Shown: positions 28,636 through 38,592 of the stretch, in pieces | Position numbering within the stretch: the stretch's first letter is position 1 | Layout: every line of letters starts with the position of its first letter | Source of the DNA: Rhodospirillaceae bacterium | GTDB taxonomy: Bacteria; Pseudomonadota; Alphaproteobacteria; UBA6615 | Length of the DNA stretch: 64,000 bases | Reading direction: 5' to 3' | NCBI GenBank assembly: GCA_038140435.1 | Contig: JAYQGE010000002.1 | Coordinates: forward strand, 9,218-73,217 | Made by a program: the position numbers and the translations under genes | Notes under the pieces: generated by a model | What the model saw: only the letters and a program-made list of their open reading frames with translations | What the model was told of the DNA's origin: nothing | Databases searched by the model: none

Positions 28636-29609
28636 GAGGCGGCAGCTTCGATCTTTTCGGCAAGAAACCTGTCGAACGCCGCGGGGTCGTCCCACGTAAA
28701 CCGGACTGCGAGGACGTCCACCTTCTCCCGGACTCCCGGGGGTAGGCGCACCGCATCCTTCTCGGTGGTCACGAGTGCCGCATCGCGCGCGTCGGCATCC
28801 GCGACGAGCCGGGCCACGTCGGCGTCCGAGAACGGATGATGATCGGCGAATGCGTGCGTGGCGGCGACCTCGCAGCCGAGTTCCGCCAGGGTCGCGAAGA
28901 ACTTGGCGGGCCGCCCGATCCCGGCAAAGGCAACGACCCGCCGCCCGGACCAGGTGCCTGGCACGTCGACGGGCCGGATGGTCCCGGTGAGCACAGGCAG
29001 CGCGTCGGGGAGTTGGGCCGCGACGCCGGCGCGGTCGGTACCGACGATGACGGCGGCGTCCGCGCGTGCCAGGCCCCGGGAAATCGGCTCGCGCAGGGGT
29101 CCCGCGGGCAGGAGATGCCCGTTGCCGAAGCCGGTCTCGCCGTCGATCACGACGATCGAGATGTCCTTGGTGAGCGCGGGGTTCTGGTGGCCGTCGTCCA
29201 TCACGATGCAGGTCGCGCCGCCGAGGATCGCCGCGCGCGCGCCTTCGGCCCGGTCGCGCGCGACCCAGGTGGGCGCGGCTCGCGCGAGGAGCAGCGCTTC
29301 GTCGCCGACATCCGCGTGACCGTGCGCGCCGGGATCGACGCGCACCGGCCCCGCCATCCGGCCGCCATAGCCGCGCGTGAGGAATGCCGGTGTGCCGGTT
29401 TTCAGCGCGCCGGTGACCGCGAGGGCGACCGGGGTCTTGCCGGCCCCGCCGGCGGTGAGGTTTCCGACGCAAATGACGGGCACCGCGACCCGCGCCGGGC
29501 GGGCGAGGGCGGTGCGCACCGCGCCGGCGCAACCATAGAGGCAACCGAGCGGGCTCAGGATCGTGCCGAGCGGCGCACCGGGGCGACTCCAGAACGCGGG
29601 CGCCTTCAT
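28632..29609 (-). CDS. lpxK: Tetraacyldisaccharide 4'-kinase.
   Basis: The 325-aa ORF has the P-loop VGNLTAGGAGKTP. It overlaps waaA by 4 bp. The 776-aa ORF in the track is a read-through artefact. The true start is MKAPAFW. Confidence 0.85.
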   Translation of the reverse strand: MKAPAFWSRPGAPLGTILSPLGCLYGCAGAVRTALARPARVAVPVICVGNLTAGGAGKTPVALAVTGALKTGTPAFLTRGYGGRMAGPVRVDPGAHGHADVGDEALLLARAAPTWVARDRAEGARAAILGGATCIVMDDGHQNPALTKDISIVVIDGETGFGNGHLLPAGPLREPISRGLARADAAVIVGTDRAGVAAQLPDALPVLTGTIRPVDVPGTWSGRRVVAFAGIGRPAKFFATLAELGCEVAATHAFADHHPFSDADVARLVADADARDAALVTTEKDAVRLPPGVREKVDVLAVRFTWDDPAAFDRFLAEKIEAAAS

Positions 29610-30928
29610 GCCGTGCTCGCCACCGCGTCGGCGATCATCGGCTGCAGGCGGCGCATCACCAGATCGGCCACCTCCTGCTTGCGCCCGGCCGCGCTGTCTG
29701 CCGCGGCGGCCATGGCCTCGGCGCGCGCCGGTTCGGCCAGAAGGCCGCCGACCGTCTCCTGCAACGCGGATGCGTCGGCGACCTGGATGGCGGCGCCGGC
29801 CGCCTCGAGTTCGTTCGCGACGGAGCGGAAGTTGTCGACATGCGGTCCATAGACGACGGCGCAACGCAGCTGGGCTGCCTCGAGCATGTTCTGCCCGCCG
29901 TGGGGGATGAGCGATCCGCCGATAAAGGCGATGGGTGCGACCCGGTAGAGCTGGCCGAGGAGGCCCGTACCATCGACCAGATAGATATCCGTGTCTGCGG
30001 TGATCGGCTCGTCGCGCGACCATCTGGCGATTGTCAGGCCGGCCCGTGTCAGGGATTGGGCGATGTCGTCGCCGCGTTGGGGGTGGCGCGGGGCGAGCAG
30101 GGTAAGCAGCCCTGGATGGGCGTCGGCGAGCCCGCGATGGACGCTGCCGACCATGTCCTCCTCGCCGCGATGGGTGCTGGCCGCGACCCAGACCGGCCGC
30201 TCGCCGATGGCCTCCTGCAGCCTGATCAGCGCGCCGGCGGTCGCCGGCAACGGCGCGGCCGCGAGCTTCAGGTTGCCGGTGACCGATACGTTGCGCGCGC
30301 CCAGCGCCTCCAGCCGTCCGGCGATCTCGGCATCCTGGGCGAGGATCGTCCCGAAGCAGGACAGGAGCTCGCGCGCGAAATTCGGTGCGCGGCCCCAGCT
30401 CTTTCGCGAACCCTCGGACATGCGCGCGTTGACCAATGCCATCGGCACGCCGGCGCGGCGGGATTCGAACAGCAGGTTCGGCCAGAGCTCGGACTCGACC
30501 CACAGGGCCGCGGCGGGCTGCCAGTGGTCCAGGAACCGGCGTACCCAGGCGACCCGGTCGACGGGCACGAACTGGTGAATGGCCCGGGGCGGGAGCCGGT
30601 CGCCCATCATCCGCGCCGAGGTCACGGTGCCGGTGGTCATCAGGATGTGCAGCTCGGGCGCGATCCGCAGGATGCGCTCGATGAGGACGAGAACGGACTG
30701 CGCCTCGCCGATGCTCGCGGCATGAATCCATACGATCGGGCCGGACGGGCGCTGGATCGAAGGGATGCCGCGCCGCTCGTCGATGCGCGCGGCTTCCTCC
30801 TTGCCGCGCATGAGGCGGCGCTGGAGCAGGAGTTCGATCAGCGGAAGCGCGGCCGTGGTGGCGCCACGGTACAGGCCGCCGGCAAGCGTGGCGCCGGCCC
30901 GGCGCGCGGGCGGTCTGTCCCCGGTCAT
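29606..30928 (-). CDS. waaA: 3-deoxy-D-manno-octulosonic acid (Kdo) transferase.
   Basis: It has the GT30 fold and a conserved N-terminal region (PIVWIHAASIGEAQS). It overlaps msbA and lpxK. Confidence 0.85.
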   Translation of the reverse strand: MTGDRPPARRAGATLAGGLYRGATTAALPLIELLLQRRLMRGKEEAARIDERRGIPSIQRPSGPIVWIHAASIGEAQSVLVLIERILRIAPELHILMTTGTVTSARMMGDRLPPRAIHQFVPVDRVAWVRRFLDHWQPAAALWVESELWPNLLFESRRAGVPMALVNARMSEGSRKSWGRAPNFARELLSCFGTILAQDAEIAGRLEALGARNVSVTGNLKLAAAPLPATAGALIRLQEAIGERPVWVAASTHRGEEDMVGSVHRGLADAHPGLLTLLAPRHPQRGDDIAQSLTRAGLTIARWSRDEPITADTDIYLVDGTGLLGQLYRVAPIAFIGGSLIPHGGQNMLEAAQLRCAVVYGPHVDNFRSVANELEAAGAAIQVADASALQETVGGLLAEPARAEAMAAAADSAAGRKQEVADLVMRRLQPMIADAVASTA

Positions 30929-32748
30929 CCGTGTGCGCGTTCCGCGTCGGACGCGTCGCCATCGCCGGCGGCGGCTTCCTGGGCTCCCGGCTCGCGGAAC
31001 TGGAGCCGGCTGAGCCGCGCGTAAAGGCCGTCCTGTGCCTGCAGCTCGCTGTGGGTTCCCGTCTCGACCAGCCGGCCCGCGTCCATCACCAGGATGCGGT
31101 CGGCGTTCATCACGGTGGCGAGGCGGTGTGCGATCACCAGGGTCGTGCGGTCCGCGGTCAGGCGATCCAGCGCGATCTGCACCTGGCGTTCGGATTCCGC
31201 GTCGAGCGCGCTCGTCGCTTCGTCGAGGAGCAGGATCGGCGCGTCCTTGAGCATGGCCCGCGCAATCGCGATCCGCTGGCGCTCGCCGCCGGACAGGGAC
31301 GAGCCGCGATCTCCGACCAGCGTGTCATAACCGTCGGGCAGGGCGGAAACGAAGTCGTGGGCCGCGGCGTCGCGGGCAGCCGCGACGACCTCCGCGTCGG
31401 TGGCATCGGGCCGGCCGAAGCGGATGTTTGCGGCGACCGTATCGTTGAACAGGGTGATGTCCTGGCTGACGAGCGCGACGGCGTCGCGCAGGCTCGCCAT
31501 GGTGAGCGCGCGGACATCCTGGCCATCGATCGCGACCGTCCCGGCGTTGACGTCGTGGAAACGGAGCAGGAGGTTCATGACCGTCGATTTGCCGGCGCCG
31601 CTGGGGCCGACGAGAGCGACCGTCTGGCCCGGCGCGACCTCGAGGCTGACGTCGTTGAGGGCGGGTTTGTCCGCCGTGTAGGCGAAGGTCACATGGTCGA
31701 AGCTGACGCGGCCGCCGTCGAGGACCAGATCGCGCGCATCTTCGGCATCGACGATCTGCGCCGGCGTGTCGAGCAGATCGAAGCTGCGCTGGACCGCCGC
31801 CAGGCCTTCCTGGAGCGCGGCGTTCAGGTTGCCGAGGCTGCGGATTGGCTGGTAGGCGAGGATGACCGCGGCAAGGAAGCCGACGAACTCGCCGAGCGTG
31901 CCTGTGCCCGACAGGATGCGCCAGCCGCCGTAGGCGAGCACGGCCGCCACCGAGGCGCCGCCGATGGTCTCGAGGAACGGGTAGGTGCGCGCGCGGCCCT
32001 TCACCGTTTTCATGACCAGGTAGTAGATGCGGTCGAACAGGTCGTTCGCACGCACTCGCTCGTAGTCTTCCATCCGGTAGGACTTGATCAGGCGGATGCC
32101 GGAGAAGGCCTGTTCGAGGTTGGCGGTGAGTTCGCCCATGCCGGTCTGGGCATTGGTCGAGGCACGGCGCAGGCGCCGTCCGATGCGGATGATCGGCCGG
32201 CCCGCGACCGGGAATGTGACCACCACGATGATGGCGAGCAGCCAGTCGAGATAGAACATCATGCCGATGAGCGCGGCGGCGGTGACGAAGTCGCGGGCCA
32301 TCGCCGTCAAGGTGCGCGACAGCGCGTCGCGCATGAGGTTCACGTCGTTGGTGAAGCGCGAGATCAGCTTGCCGGTCGAGGTGTCCTCATGGGCCTGCAT
32401 GTCGGCCTGCATCAGGTGGGCGAACATGGCCTTCTGGATCATGTTGATCACCCGCAGCGCGACTGACTGGCTCAGGACGCTCTGGCCGTAGGAGGCCGTC
32501 CCCTTGATGAAGGTCACGAGGATGATCGCCAGCGGCATCAGCCACACGACGTTCGGATTCTTCGCCTCGAGCATGTCCACCGAGACTTCGATGAGCTTCG
32601 GATACGCGGCCGATGCGCCCGCGACCACGATCATGAGGGACACCGCCATGGCCACGCGGCCCTTGTAGGCGCTCATCCAGTCGCGCCACATCCGGCCGAT
32701 CAGTTGGCCGGTGCTGTCCGTCCGGGTGTTCTGCGGGGACTCCTGCAT
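30925..32748 (-). CDS. msbA: ABC transporter ATP-binding/permease protein, MsbA-like lipid A exporter.
   Basis: It has 6 TM helices plus a nucleotide-binding domain with Walker A GPSGAGKST, the ABC signature LSGGERQR and Walker B ILLLDEATS. It lies in an operon with waaA-lpxK. Confidence 0.85.
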   Translation of the reverse strand: MQESPQNTRTDSTGQLIGRMWRDWMSAYKGRVAMAVSLMIVVAGASAAYPKLIEVSVDMLEAKNPNVVWLMPLAIILVTFIKGTASYGQSVLSQSVALRVINMIQKAMFAHLMQADMQAHEDTSTGKLISRFTNDVNLMRDALSRTLTAMARDFVTAAALIGMMFYLDWLLAIIVVVTFPVAGRPIIRIGRRLRRASTNAQTGMGELTANLEQAFSGIRLIKSYRMEDYERVRANDLFDRIYYLVMKTVKGRARTYPFLETIGGASVAAVLAYGGWRILSGTGTLGEFVGFLAAVILAYQPIRSLGNLNAALQEGLAAVQRSFDLLDTPAQIVDAEDARDLVLDGGRVSFDHVTFAYTADKPALNDVSLEVAPGQTVALVGPSGAGKSTVMNLLLRFHDVNAGTVAIDGQDVRALTMASLRDAVALVSQDITLFNDTVAANIRFGRPDATDAEVVAAARDAAAHDFVSALPDGYDTLVGDRGSSLSGGERQRIAIARAMLKDAPILLLDEATSALDAESERQVQIALDRLTADRTTLVIAHRLATVMNADRILVMDAGRLVETGTHSELQAQDGLYARLSRLQFREPGAQEAAAGDGDASDAERAHG

Positions 32749-32911
32749 GTCGCGGTTACCGCCGCCTCCAATGATCGCGCCCGGAATCGAGCCATATGCG
32801 CCGTCGTCGATGCAAGCCTAACATGGCGCGGAACGCCGCCATGGCGGCGCGTGTCAGACAGGCCTGTTGCGATTCCCGCCGCAATGCTACAGCTAGCGTG
32901 ATTGCGCAGGG

Positions 32912-33769
32912 ATGCGATCCGCGAGGAAGCTTATGTCCGCAGCCGAGAATCTTGGCGAACTTCTACACAGGAATTGCCCGAATTGCGAAACCGACAATTC
33001 GGGCCGGCCGTCGCTCGGCTATTCGTGGCAGGAATGGCGGCTGCGCGAATGCGGGTCGTGCGGCTTCGTGTACCTCGAGAACCCCCCCGATTACGCGGAC
33101 TTCAAGGTCGCGTTCGCCTGGGAGAAGAACCATGGCGACCGCAAGGTGCGGATGCGCAAGGAGTATCCGCTCGCCTATGGCATTTCGAAGGCCTGGCGGA
33201 AGTTCTACCGCTGGGCGGTTCGCAAGCCCGACAAGCTGGCCAACCGGATCAACCGCTGGGTGCCGCCCGGGCTCGTGATCGACGTGGGCTGCGGCAACGC
33301 CGATCGGCTGCTGACCCTGCCCGAGCATTACCAGACGAGCGGCATCGAGATTTCCAAGGCGCTGGCCGAGGAGGCGCAGGAACTGCTGGCCGCGCGCGGC
33401 GGCACCATCACCAATCTGCCGGCGGTCGAGGGGCTCGCGAGCTACGAGGCCGGGTCGGCGAGCGGCGTGCTGATGCGTTCCTTCCTCGAGCATGAACACA
33501 AGCCCGTGGAACTGCTCTCCCACGCGGCACGGGTCCTCAAGCCGGGCGGTGTCGCGATCATCAAGGTGCCGAACTTCTCATCGATCAACCGGCGCGTCAT
33601 GGGATCGCGCTGGTGCGGGTTCCGGTTCCCGGGACACGTCAATTACTTCACGCCGGGAAGCCTGCGCGCGATGGTCGCCGATGCCGACTTCGCGACGGTC
33701 GGGTTCGGGTTCTTCGACCGGTTCCCGTTCAGCGACAACATGTGGATGGTCGTGCGCAAGGACGGCTGA
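32912..33769 (+). CDS. Class I SAM-dependent methyltransferase with an N-terminal C4 zinc ribbon.
   Basis: It has CPNCE…CGSCG zinc-ribbon cysteines, then SAM motif I (VIDVGCGNA) and post-I motifs. An alternative start lies at 32933. Confidence 0.7.
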   Translation: MRSARKLMSAAENLGELLHRNCPNCETDNSGRPSLGYSWQEWRLRECGSCGFVYLENPPDYADFKVAFAWEKNHGDRKVRMRKEYPLAYGISKAWRKFYRWAVRKPDKLANRINRWVPPGLVIDVGCGNADRLLTLPEHYQTSGIEISKALAEEAQELLAARGGTITNLPAVEGLASYEAGSASGVLMRSFLEHEHKPVELLSHAARVLKPGGVAIIKVPNFSSINRRVMGSRWCGFRFPGHVNYFTPGSLRAMVADADFATVGFGFFDRFPFSDNMWMVVRKDG

Positions 33770-33794
33770 ACCGAAGCAGACAGGGGAACAGACC

Positions 33795-34340
33795 ATGACG
33801 CGGATCGCGATCATCGACCGGGACGACATGAACCCGGAGCAGGCCAGCGTGTATGACGCCGCGAAGGAAAGCGGCGGGCCCGTCGGCGGGCCGTTTTATG
33901 CGTATATCCGTATTCCCGAACTGTTCCAGGTGGCGCAGGACATGCGCGACACGCTCGGCGCGGGGCCGCTGAGCGGACGCGAAAGGCTGATCGTCTTCAT
34001 GGTCGTCGCCCGCCACTGGAATGCGCGGTATCCGTGGTTCGCCCAGTCGCGCAATGCGCTTAAAACCGGCATCGAGCGCGAGATCGTCGACGCGATCAAC
34101 GCCCGCGAGGTGCCCGCGCTCTCGGATGCGCGCGAACGTACCTGTTACGAGGTCGCCCGGGAGCTCATGGAGTCCAACCGGTTGAGCGATGCGTCCTATG
34201 CCGCCGCCGAGGACATCATGGGCGAGACGGACCTGGTCGCGCTCGTGGCGGCGTCGGGCCAGTTCGTGATGACCTGCTGCACCGCGAACGCCTTCGAGGT
34301 GGATCCGCCGGCGGATCAGCCGGTCCCGCTCGCCGACTGA
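33795..34340 (+). CDS. Carboxymuconolactone decarboxylase (CMD/AhpD-like) family protein.
   Basis: The 181-aa ORF has the CMD-family helical pattern (…VVARHWNARYPWFAQSRNA…). An ATG at 33795 has a ribosome-binding site (AGGGGAAC). The longer ORF in the track from 33492 overlaps the methyltransferase gene and is unlikely. Confidence 0.65.
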   Translation: MTRIAIIDRDDMNPEQASVYDAAKESGGPVGGPFYAYIRIPELFQVAQDMRDTLGAGPLSGRERLIVFMVVARHWNARYPWFAQSRNALKTGIEREIVDAINAREVPALSDARERTCYEVARELMESNRLSDASYAAAEDIMGETDLVALVAASGQFVMTCCTANAFEVDPPADQPVPLAD

Positions 34341-34373
34341 CCGGGACGCCGCGGGACGCAGGCCCCGGCGGCG
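34341..34373. terminator. GC-rich hairpin between the convergent CMD-family and pmbA genes.
   Basis: Inverted repeat GACGCCGCGGG…CCCGGCGGCGTC. There is no clear U-tract. Confidence 0.3.
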
Positions 34374-35729
34374 TCAGTCGCCCGCGCCGGCCACCGTCAT
34401 GCCATCGATGCGCACTGTCGGGCTGTTGGTTCCGTAGCGGAACTCCAGGTCGTCGGCGCGGGTCATCCGTGCAAACATGTCGTTGAGGTTGCCCGCGATG
34501 GTCAGCTCGGTGACGGGGAAACCGATCTCGCCATTTTCGATCCAGAAGCCCGATGCCCCCAGGCTGTAATCGCCGGTCACGCCGTTGACGCCCGTGCCCA
34601 TCAGCGCGGTGATGTAGAGGCCGGACTCGATATCGGCGATCAGTTCCTTCGGGCTCTGTGTCCCCGGCGTGAGATAGAGGTTCGACGGTCCGGGGGAGGG
34701 CGGGCCCGACGTGCCGCGGCCGGCATGGCCGGTGGTCTCGAGCCCGAGCTGCCGGGCGGAGGCGAGGTCGAGGAGCCAGGTGTTCAGGACACCGTCCTTC
34801 ACGATCGATTTGCGACCGTTCGCGATCCCCTCGGCGTCGAACGGCTTGGACCGCATGCCGCGCTTGCGGTGCGGGTCGTCCACGATCTCGATGTCGGGCG
34901 CGAAGATTTGCGCACCGAGTCGGTCCTTCAGAAAGCTCGTGCCCCGGGCGATCGCCGGGCCCGTGATCGCGCCCGTCAGATGCCCGAGCAGCCCGCCGGC
35001 GACGCGGGGGTCATAGACGACAGGCACCTGCGCCGTCGCCATCCGGCGCGCGCCGAGCCGTGCGGCGGCCTTCTCGCCCGCGCGCCGTCCGACCTCCGCC
35101 GGCGCCTCCAGGTCGCCCAGATGCACCGCATGGGCGAAGTCGTACTCCGCCTCCATGCCGGCGCCCTCGCCGGCGATCACGGACACGCCGATACCCGAAT
35201 CCGTGCGCGCATACGCGCCTTCGAACCCGTTGCTCGCCGCCAGGCAGATGCCGGTGCGGCTCCAGCTGGCCTGCGCGCCCTCGGAGTTGGTCACGCTGTC
35301 CACCGCGCGGGCCGCGTCCTCGCAGTCGCGCGCCATCGCGACCAGGGTGTCGCTCGACGGCTCGTCGGGGTCGAGCATGTCGAGATCGGGAAACTCCGTC
35401 GCGAGCTGGTCGGGGTCGGCCAGTCCCGCCCAGGGGTCGTCGGGCACCGCCGCGGCCATGTCGAGCGCGCGGCCGACCAGTTCGGACAGCGCGTCGGCCG
35501 AGAAATCCGTCGAGGACACGATCGCCTGCTTGCGGCCGCGGAACACGCGCAGGCCCAGGTCGAAACTCTCCTGGCGCTCGAGCTGTTCGATCTCGCCCAG
35601 GCGCTGGGCGTGAGAGATCGACACCGACCGGATCAGAACGGCATCGGCCGCATCCGCGCCGCGCCGTTTGGCGTCGGCGACGAGATCGGCCAGCCGCCCG
35701 CGGTCTTCCATCGTTTCGGAATCGGACAT
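34374..35729 (-). CDS. pmbA: Metalloprotease PmbA (TldE).
   Basis: It shows TldD/PmbA family features (…GxGVSVIAGEGAG…, C-terminal GASGFWIENGEIGFPV). Confidence 0.85.
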   Translation of the reverse strand: MSDSETMEDRGRLADLVADAKRRGADAADAVLIRSVSISHAQRLGEIEQLERQESFDLGLRVFRGRKQAIVSSTDFSADALSELVGRALDMAAAVPDDPWAGLADPDQLATEFPDLDMLDPDEPSSDTLVAMARDCEDAARAVDSVTNSEGAQASWSRTGICLAASNGFEGAYARTDSGIGVSVIAGEGAGMEAEYDFAHAVHLGDLEAPAEVGRRAGEKAAARLGARRMATAQVPVVYDPRVAGGLLGHLTGAITGPAIARGTSFLKDRLGAQIFAPDIEIVDDPHRKRGMRSKPFDAEGIANGRKSIVKDGVLNTWLLDLASARQLGLETTGHAGRGTSGPPSPGPSNLYLTPGTQSPKELIADIESGLYITALMGTGVNGVTGDYSLGASGFWIENGEIGFPVTELTIAGNLNDMFARMTRADDLEFRYGTNSPTVRIDGMTVAGAGD

Positions 35730-35774
35730 GTTCTGTTTCGCGCGGACGCGCGCCTGTCTCCGGGGTGGCCGGTG

Positions 35775-36197
35775 CTAGAGGGTTCCGGGGGCGAAGAATT
35801 CGATGATCGCGATGAGCGACGCAAGCCCGAGGGTAGCCCAGTTGATCACGATCCCGGTGGCCCGGTTGAAGGCCTCGGCGTTGCCCATCAGTCCCAGCGC
35901 GTGCAGAACGCGCGCGACGATCAGCATGGCACCGAGGACGCCGATGATGATCGGGGAGACCCCCATCATCTCGATCAGTCCCAGCAGGATCAGCGTGCCG
36001 GGAACCCACTCCGTGAAATTCGCATGCGCGCGAATGCGACGCGCCATGCCGTCGTCGCTGGCGTCGCCCCACATGATCTTGTTCTGGAACCGGTACTTGG
36101 TCACGCTGATGCCGAGCGCCAGCTTCATCATCCCCAGCAATGCCGCGACGAACATGGTGTTAACCGGTGCAACGGCAACAATCGCTTCCATCGTCAT
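35775..36197 (-). CDS. MAPEG family membrane protein (microsomal GST-like).
   Basis: The 140-aa ORF has three or four TM helices and an R-x3-N-x-x-E/W-like motif (RIRAHANFTEW). Confidence 0.65.
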   Translation of the reverse strand: MTMEAIVAVAPVNTMFVAALLGMMKLALGISVTKYRFQNKIMWGDASDDGMARRIRAHANFTEWVPGTLILLGLIEMMGVSPIIIGVLGAMLIVARVLHALGLMGNAEAFNRATGIVINWATLGLASLIAIIEFFAPGTL

Positions 36198-36234
36198 TCC
36201 CCCTTCTTCAGTTCGCCGCCGAACCCCGGCGACG

Positions 36235-37749
36235 CTACTTCCAGATCGGTGTGCCGGAGCCCGGCAGCCCCAGATCGTTCCACATCGCCGAGACTTTTTC
36301 GACCACCTCGTCGTCCATGCGGATCTGGCGGCCCCACTCGCGATCGGTTTCGGGGGGAATCTTGTTGGTGGCGTCGAGACCGACCTTGCTGCCCAGGCTC
36401 GAGACGGGCGAGGCGAAATCGAGATAGTCGATGGGGGTGTTCTCGACCAGCGTGATGTCGCGCGCGGGGTCCATGCGCGTCGAGATCGCCCACATCACGT
36501 CCTTCCAGTCGCGCACGTCGATATCGTCGTCCACGACGATCACCCACTTCGTGTACATGAACTGGCGCAGATAGGACCAGACGCCCATCATCACGCGCTT
36601 CGCATGGCCCGGATAGGCCTTGCGCATCGATACGACGGCGATCCGGTACGAGCAGCCCTCGGGCGGCAGCCAGAAGTCGGTGATCTCCGGGAAGGCCTGG
36701 CGCAGAAGCGGCACGAAGACATCGTTGAGCGCCTCGCCCAGTACCGAGGGTTCGTCCGGCGGCCGACCGGTGAAGGTCGAGAGGTAGATCGGGTCCCGGC
36801 GCATGGTGATCGCGCTGACGTGGAACACCGGGAACTGTTCGACCGAGTTGTAATAGCCCGTGTGATCGCCATAGGGCCCCTCGTCGCCATACTCGTCGAG
36901 GGAGACATGTCCCTCGATGACGATCTCGGCCGAGGCTGGCACCTTGAGGGGCACGGTCTTGCAATCGACCAGCTCGAGCCGCTTGCCGCGCAGGAGGCCG
37001 GCGAACTGATATTCCGACAGGTTGTCGGGCACAGGGGTCACCGCGGCGATGATCGTCCCGGGGTCGGCGCCGATGACCACGGCCGCGGGCAGGGGCTCCG
37101 GGCGCTCCGCCTTCCAGCGCGCGTGATGCTGGGCGCCGCCGCGATGCTTGAGCCAGCGCATGTAGGTGGATTTCGGTCCCGTCACCTGCATCCGGTAGAT
37201 GCCGAGGTTGAAGGCGTCCTCGCGCTTGCCGTCGGGGTCTGGGCCCTGGGTGACGACCAGCGGCCATGTGATGAGCGGGGCCGGCTCGCCCGGCCAGCAG
37301 GTCTGGATCGGCAGCTTCGCCAGGTCGATCTCGTCGCCGGTCCACACGATGTCGTGCACCGGGCCGGAGGAGACGGTCTTCGGCCGCATCGCCATCACCT
37401 TGCGCAGGATCGGCAGCTTGTCCCAGGCATCGCGCAGGCCGCCGGGGGGCTCGGGCTGGCGCAGGAAGGCGAGAGTCTCGCCGATCTCGCGGAGCTGGTC
37501 GGGTTCGCGGTCCATGCCCCAGGCGACCCGCTCGACCGTGCCGAAGAGGTTCGCCAGCACGGGGATCGGGGACCGGTTGCCGTCGTCGGCGATGACATTC
37601 TCGAACAGCACCGCCGGACCGCCCTCGGCCAGAAGCCGGGTCTGGATCTCGGTCATCTCGAGCTTTGCAGCGACCGGGTGCGTGACCCGGACCAGCCGGT
37701 CCTCGCGCTCCAGGCGCTCGATGAACTCGCGTAGGCTTGCGTAGGGCAT
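36235..37749 (-). CDS. ubiD: 4-hydroxy-3-polyprenylbenzoate decarboxylase.
   Basis: The 504-aa UbiD family protein has [22 protein letters not shown] at the N-terminus and a [11 protein letters not shown]-like region. Confidence 0.9.
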   Translation of the reverse strand: MPYASLREFIERLEREDRLVRVTHPVAAKLEMTEIQTRLLAEGGPAVLFENVIADDGNRSPIPVLANLFGTVERVAWGMDREPDQLREIGETLAFLRQPEPPGGLRDAWDKLPILRKVMAMRPKTVSSGPVHDIVWTGDEIDLAKLPIQTCWPGEPAPLITWPLVVTQGPDPDGKREDAFNLGIYRMQVTGPKSTYMRWLKHRGGAQHHARWKAERPEPLPAAVVIGADPGTIIAAVTPVPDNLSEYQFAGLLRGKRLELVDCKTVPLKVPASAEIVIEGHVSLDEYGDEGPYGDHTGYYNSVEQFPVFHVSAITMRRDPIYLSTFTGRPPDEPSVLGEALNDVFVPLLRQAFPEITDFWLPPEGCSYRIAVVSMRKAYPGHAKRVMMGVWSYLRQFMYTKWVIVVDDDIDVRDWKDVMWAISTRMDPARDITLVENTPIDYLDFASPVSSLGSKVGLDATNKIPPETDREWGRQIRMDDEVVEKVSAMWNDLGLPGSGTPIWK

Positions 37750-37835
37750 GACGCGCGACTTAGACCGGTCTCGCGCCCGTCCGTCAAGAACCGGCGCGTC
37801 TTGCCCGGCGGTCCGCGGCGCGGGAGAATGCCGCC

Positions 37836-38567
37836 ATGACCGCCGGCCCTGACGATCCCTTCGCGACCGATCCCGTGCTCGCCCGCGCGGCGGGCTATCC
37901 CTACGACATCACCGCGCACTCCTTCACCTTCGCCGACGGGGCCGCCGCGCCCTTCGATTCGGACCTGCGCGCGGGCCGCCGCCCGGTCATCGGCTATGGT
38001 TCGAACCAGTCGCCGATCCGTCTGCGCCAGAAATACGGCACGGACCACGCGCCGATCCCGGTGCAGCGTGCCTGGCTCGACGATCACGACGTCGTCTATT
38101 CCGCGCACTTCTCGAGCTACGGATCCCTGCCGGCGGCGCTGCGCCATGTGCCGGGGACCCGCGTCGCGGTCGCGGTCAACTGGCTGAGCGACGCCGAGCT
38201 CGAAGTGATGCACCCGACCGAGATCGACAACTATCACTTCGCCCGGCTGTCGGGCCTGCGGCTCGCGCTCGACGGCGGCGAGACGGTCGAGGCGGCCTGG
38301 GCCTATCTGAGTTTTCGCGGCCATGTCGGCGACGACGCGCGGCCGTTCGCGCTCGCGGAGGTCGCCGCCGAGGGCCGCCAGCTCCCCGCCATCACCCAGC
38401 GCGAGGCGCTGGCGCTGATGCGCGACCGGCTCGCGCCCGACGACCCGCTCGATGCGTTCGTGCGCGCCCATATCGACGACCCCGCCATACGCGCCGCGCG
38501 GGTCCGCGCGCTCGAGGCCGCCGCCGTCCCGGTCGTCCACGCGGCTCACGAGGTCGAGGCGGTCTAG
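37836..38567 (+). CDS. Hypothetical protein. It may have a gamma-glutamylcyclotransferase-like (GGCT/AIG2) fold.
   Basis: The ORF is well supported. It has a GGGAGA ribosome-binding site and protein-like composition. The fold assignment rests only on an N-terminal [10 protein letters not shown] (YGSN-type) motif and downstream Glu residues, and is weak. Confidence 0.5.
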   Translation: MTAGPDDPFATDPVLARAAGYPYDITAHSFTFADGAAAPFDSDLRAGRRPVIGYGSNQSPIRLRQKYGTDHAPIPVQRAWLDDHDVVYSAHFSSYGSLPAALRHVPGTRVAVAVNWLSDAELEVMHPTEIDNYHFARLSGLRLALDGGETVEAAWAYLSFRGHVGDDARPFALAEVAAEGRQLPAITQREALALMRDRLAPDDPLDAFVRAHIDDPAIRAARVRALEAAAVPVVHAAHEVEAV

Positions 38568-38592
38568 GCTCGGTTCAGCAAATGGGCCGACG

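Noticed and set aside
28632-30962. Single 776-aa ORF spanning lpxK and running through the waaA region.
   Set aside because: Only the C-terminal 325 aa is LpxK, starting at MKAPAFW. The upstream portion is an out-of-frame read-through of the waaA coding region and has low-complexity Arg/Pro-rich sequence.
33492-33794. Track ORF extending the CMD-family gene 300 bp upstream into the methyltransferase gene.
   Set aside because: The extension overlaps the methyltransferase gene in another frame and is Ser/Arg-rich low complexity. An internal ATG at 33795 has a ribosome-binding site and gives a protein of the usual CMD-family length.
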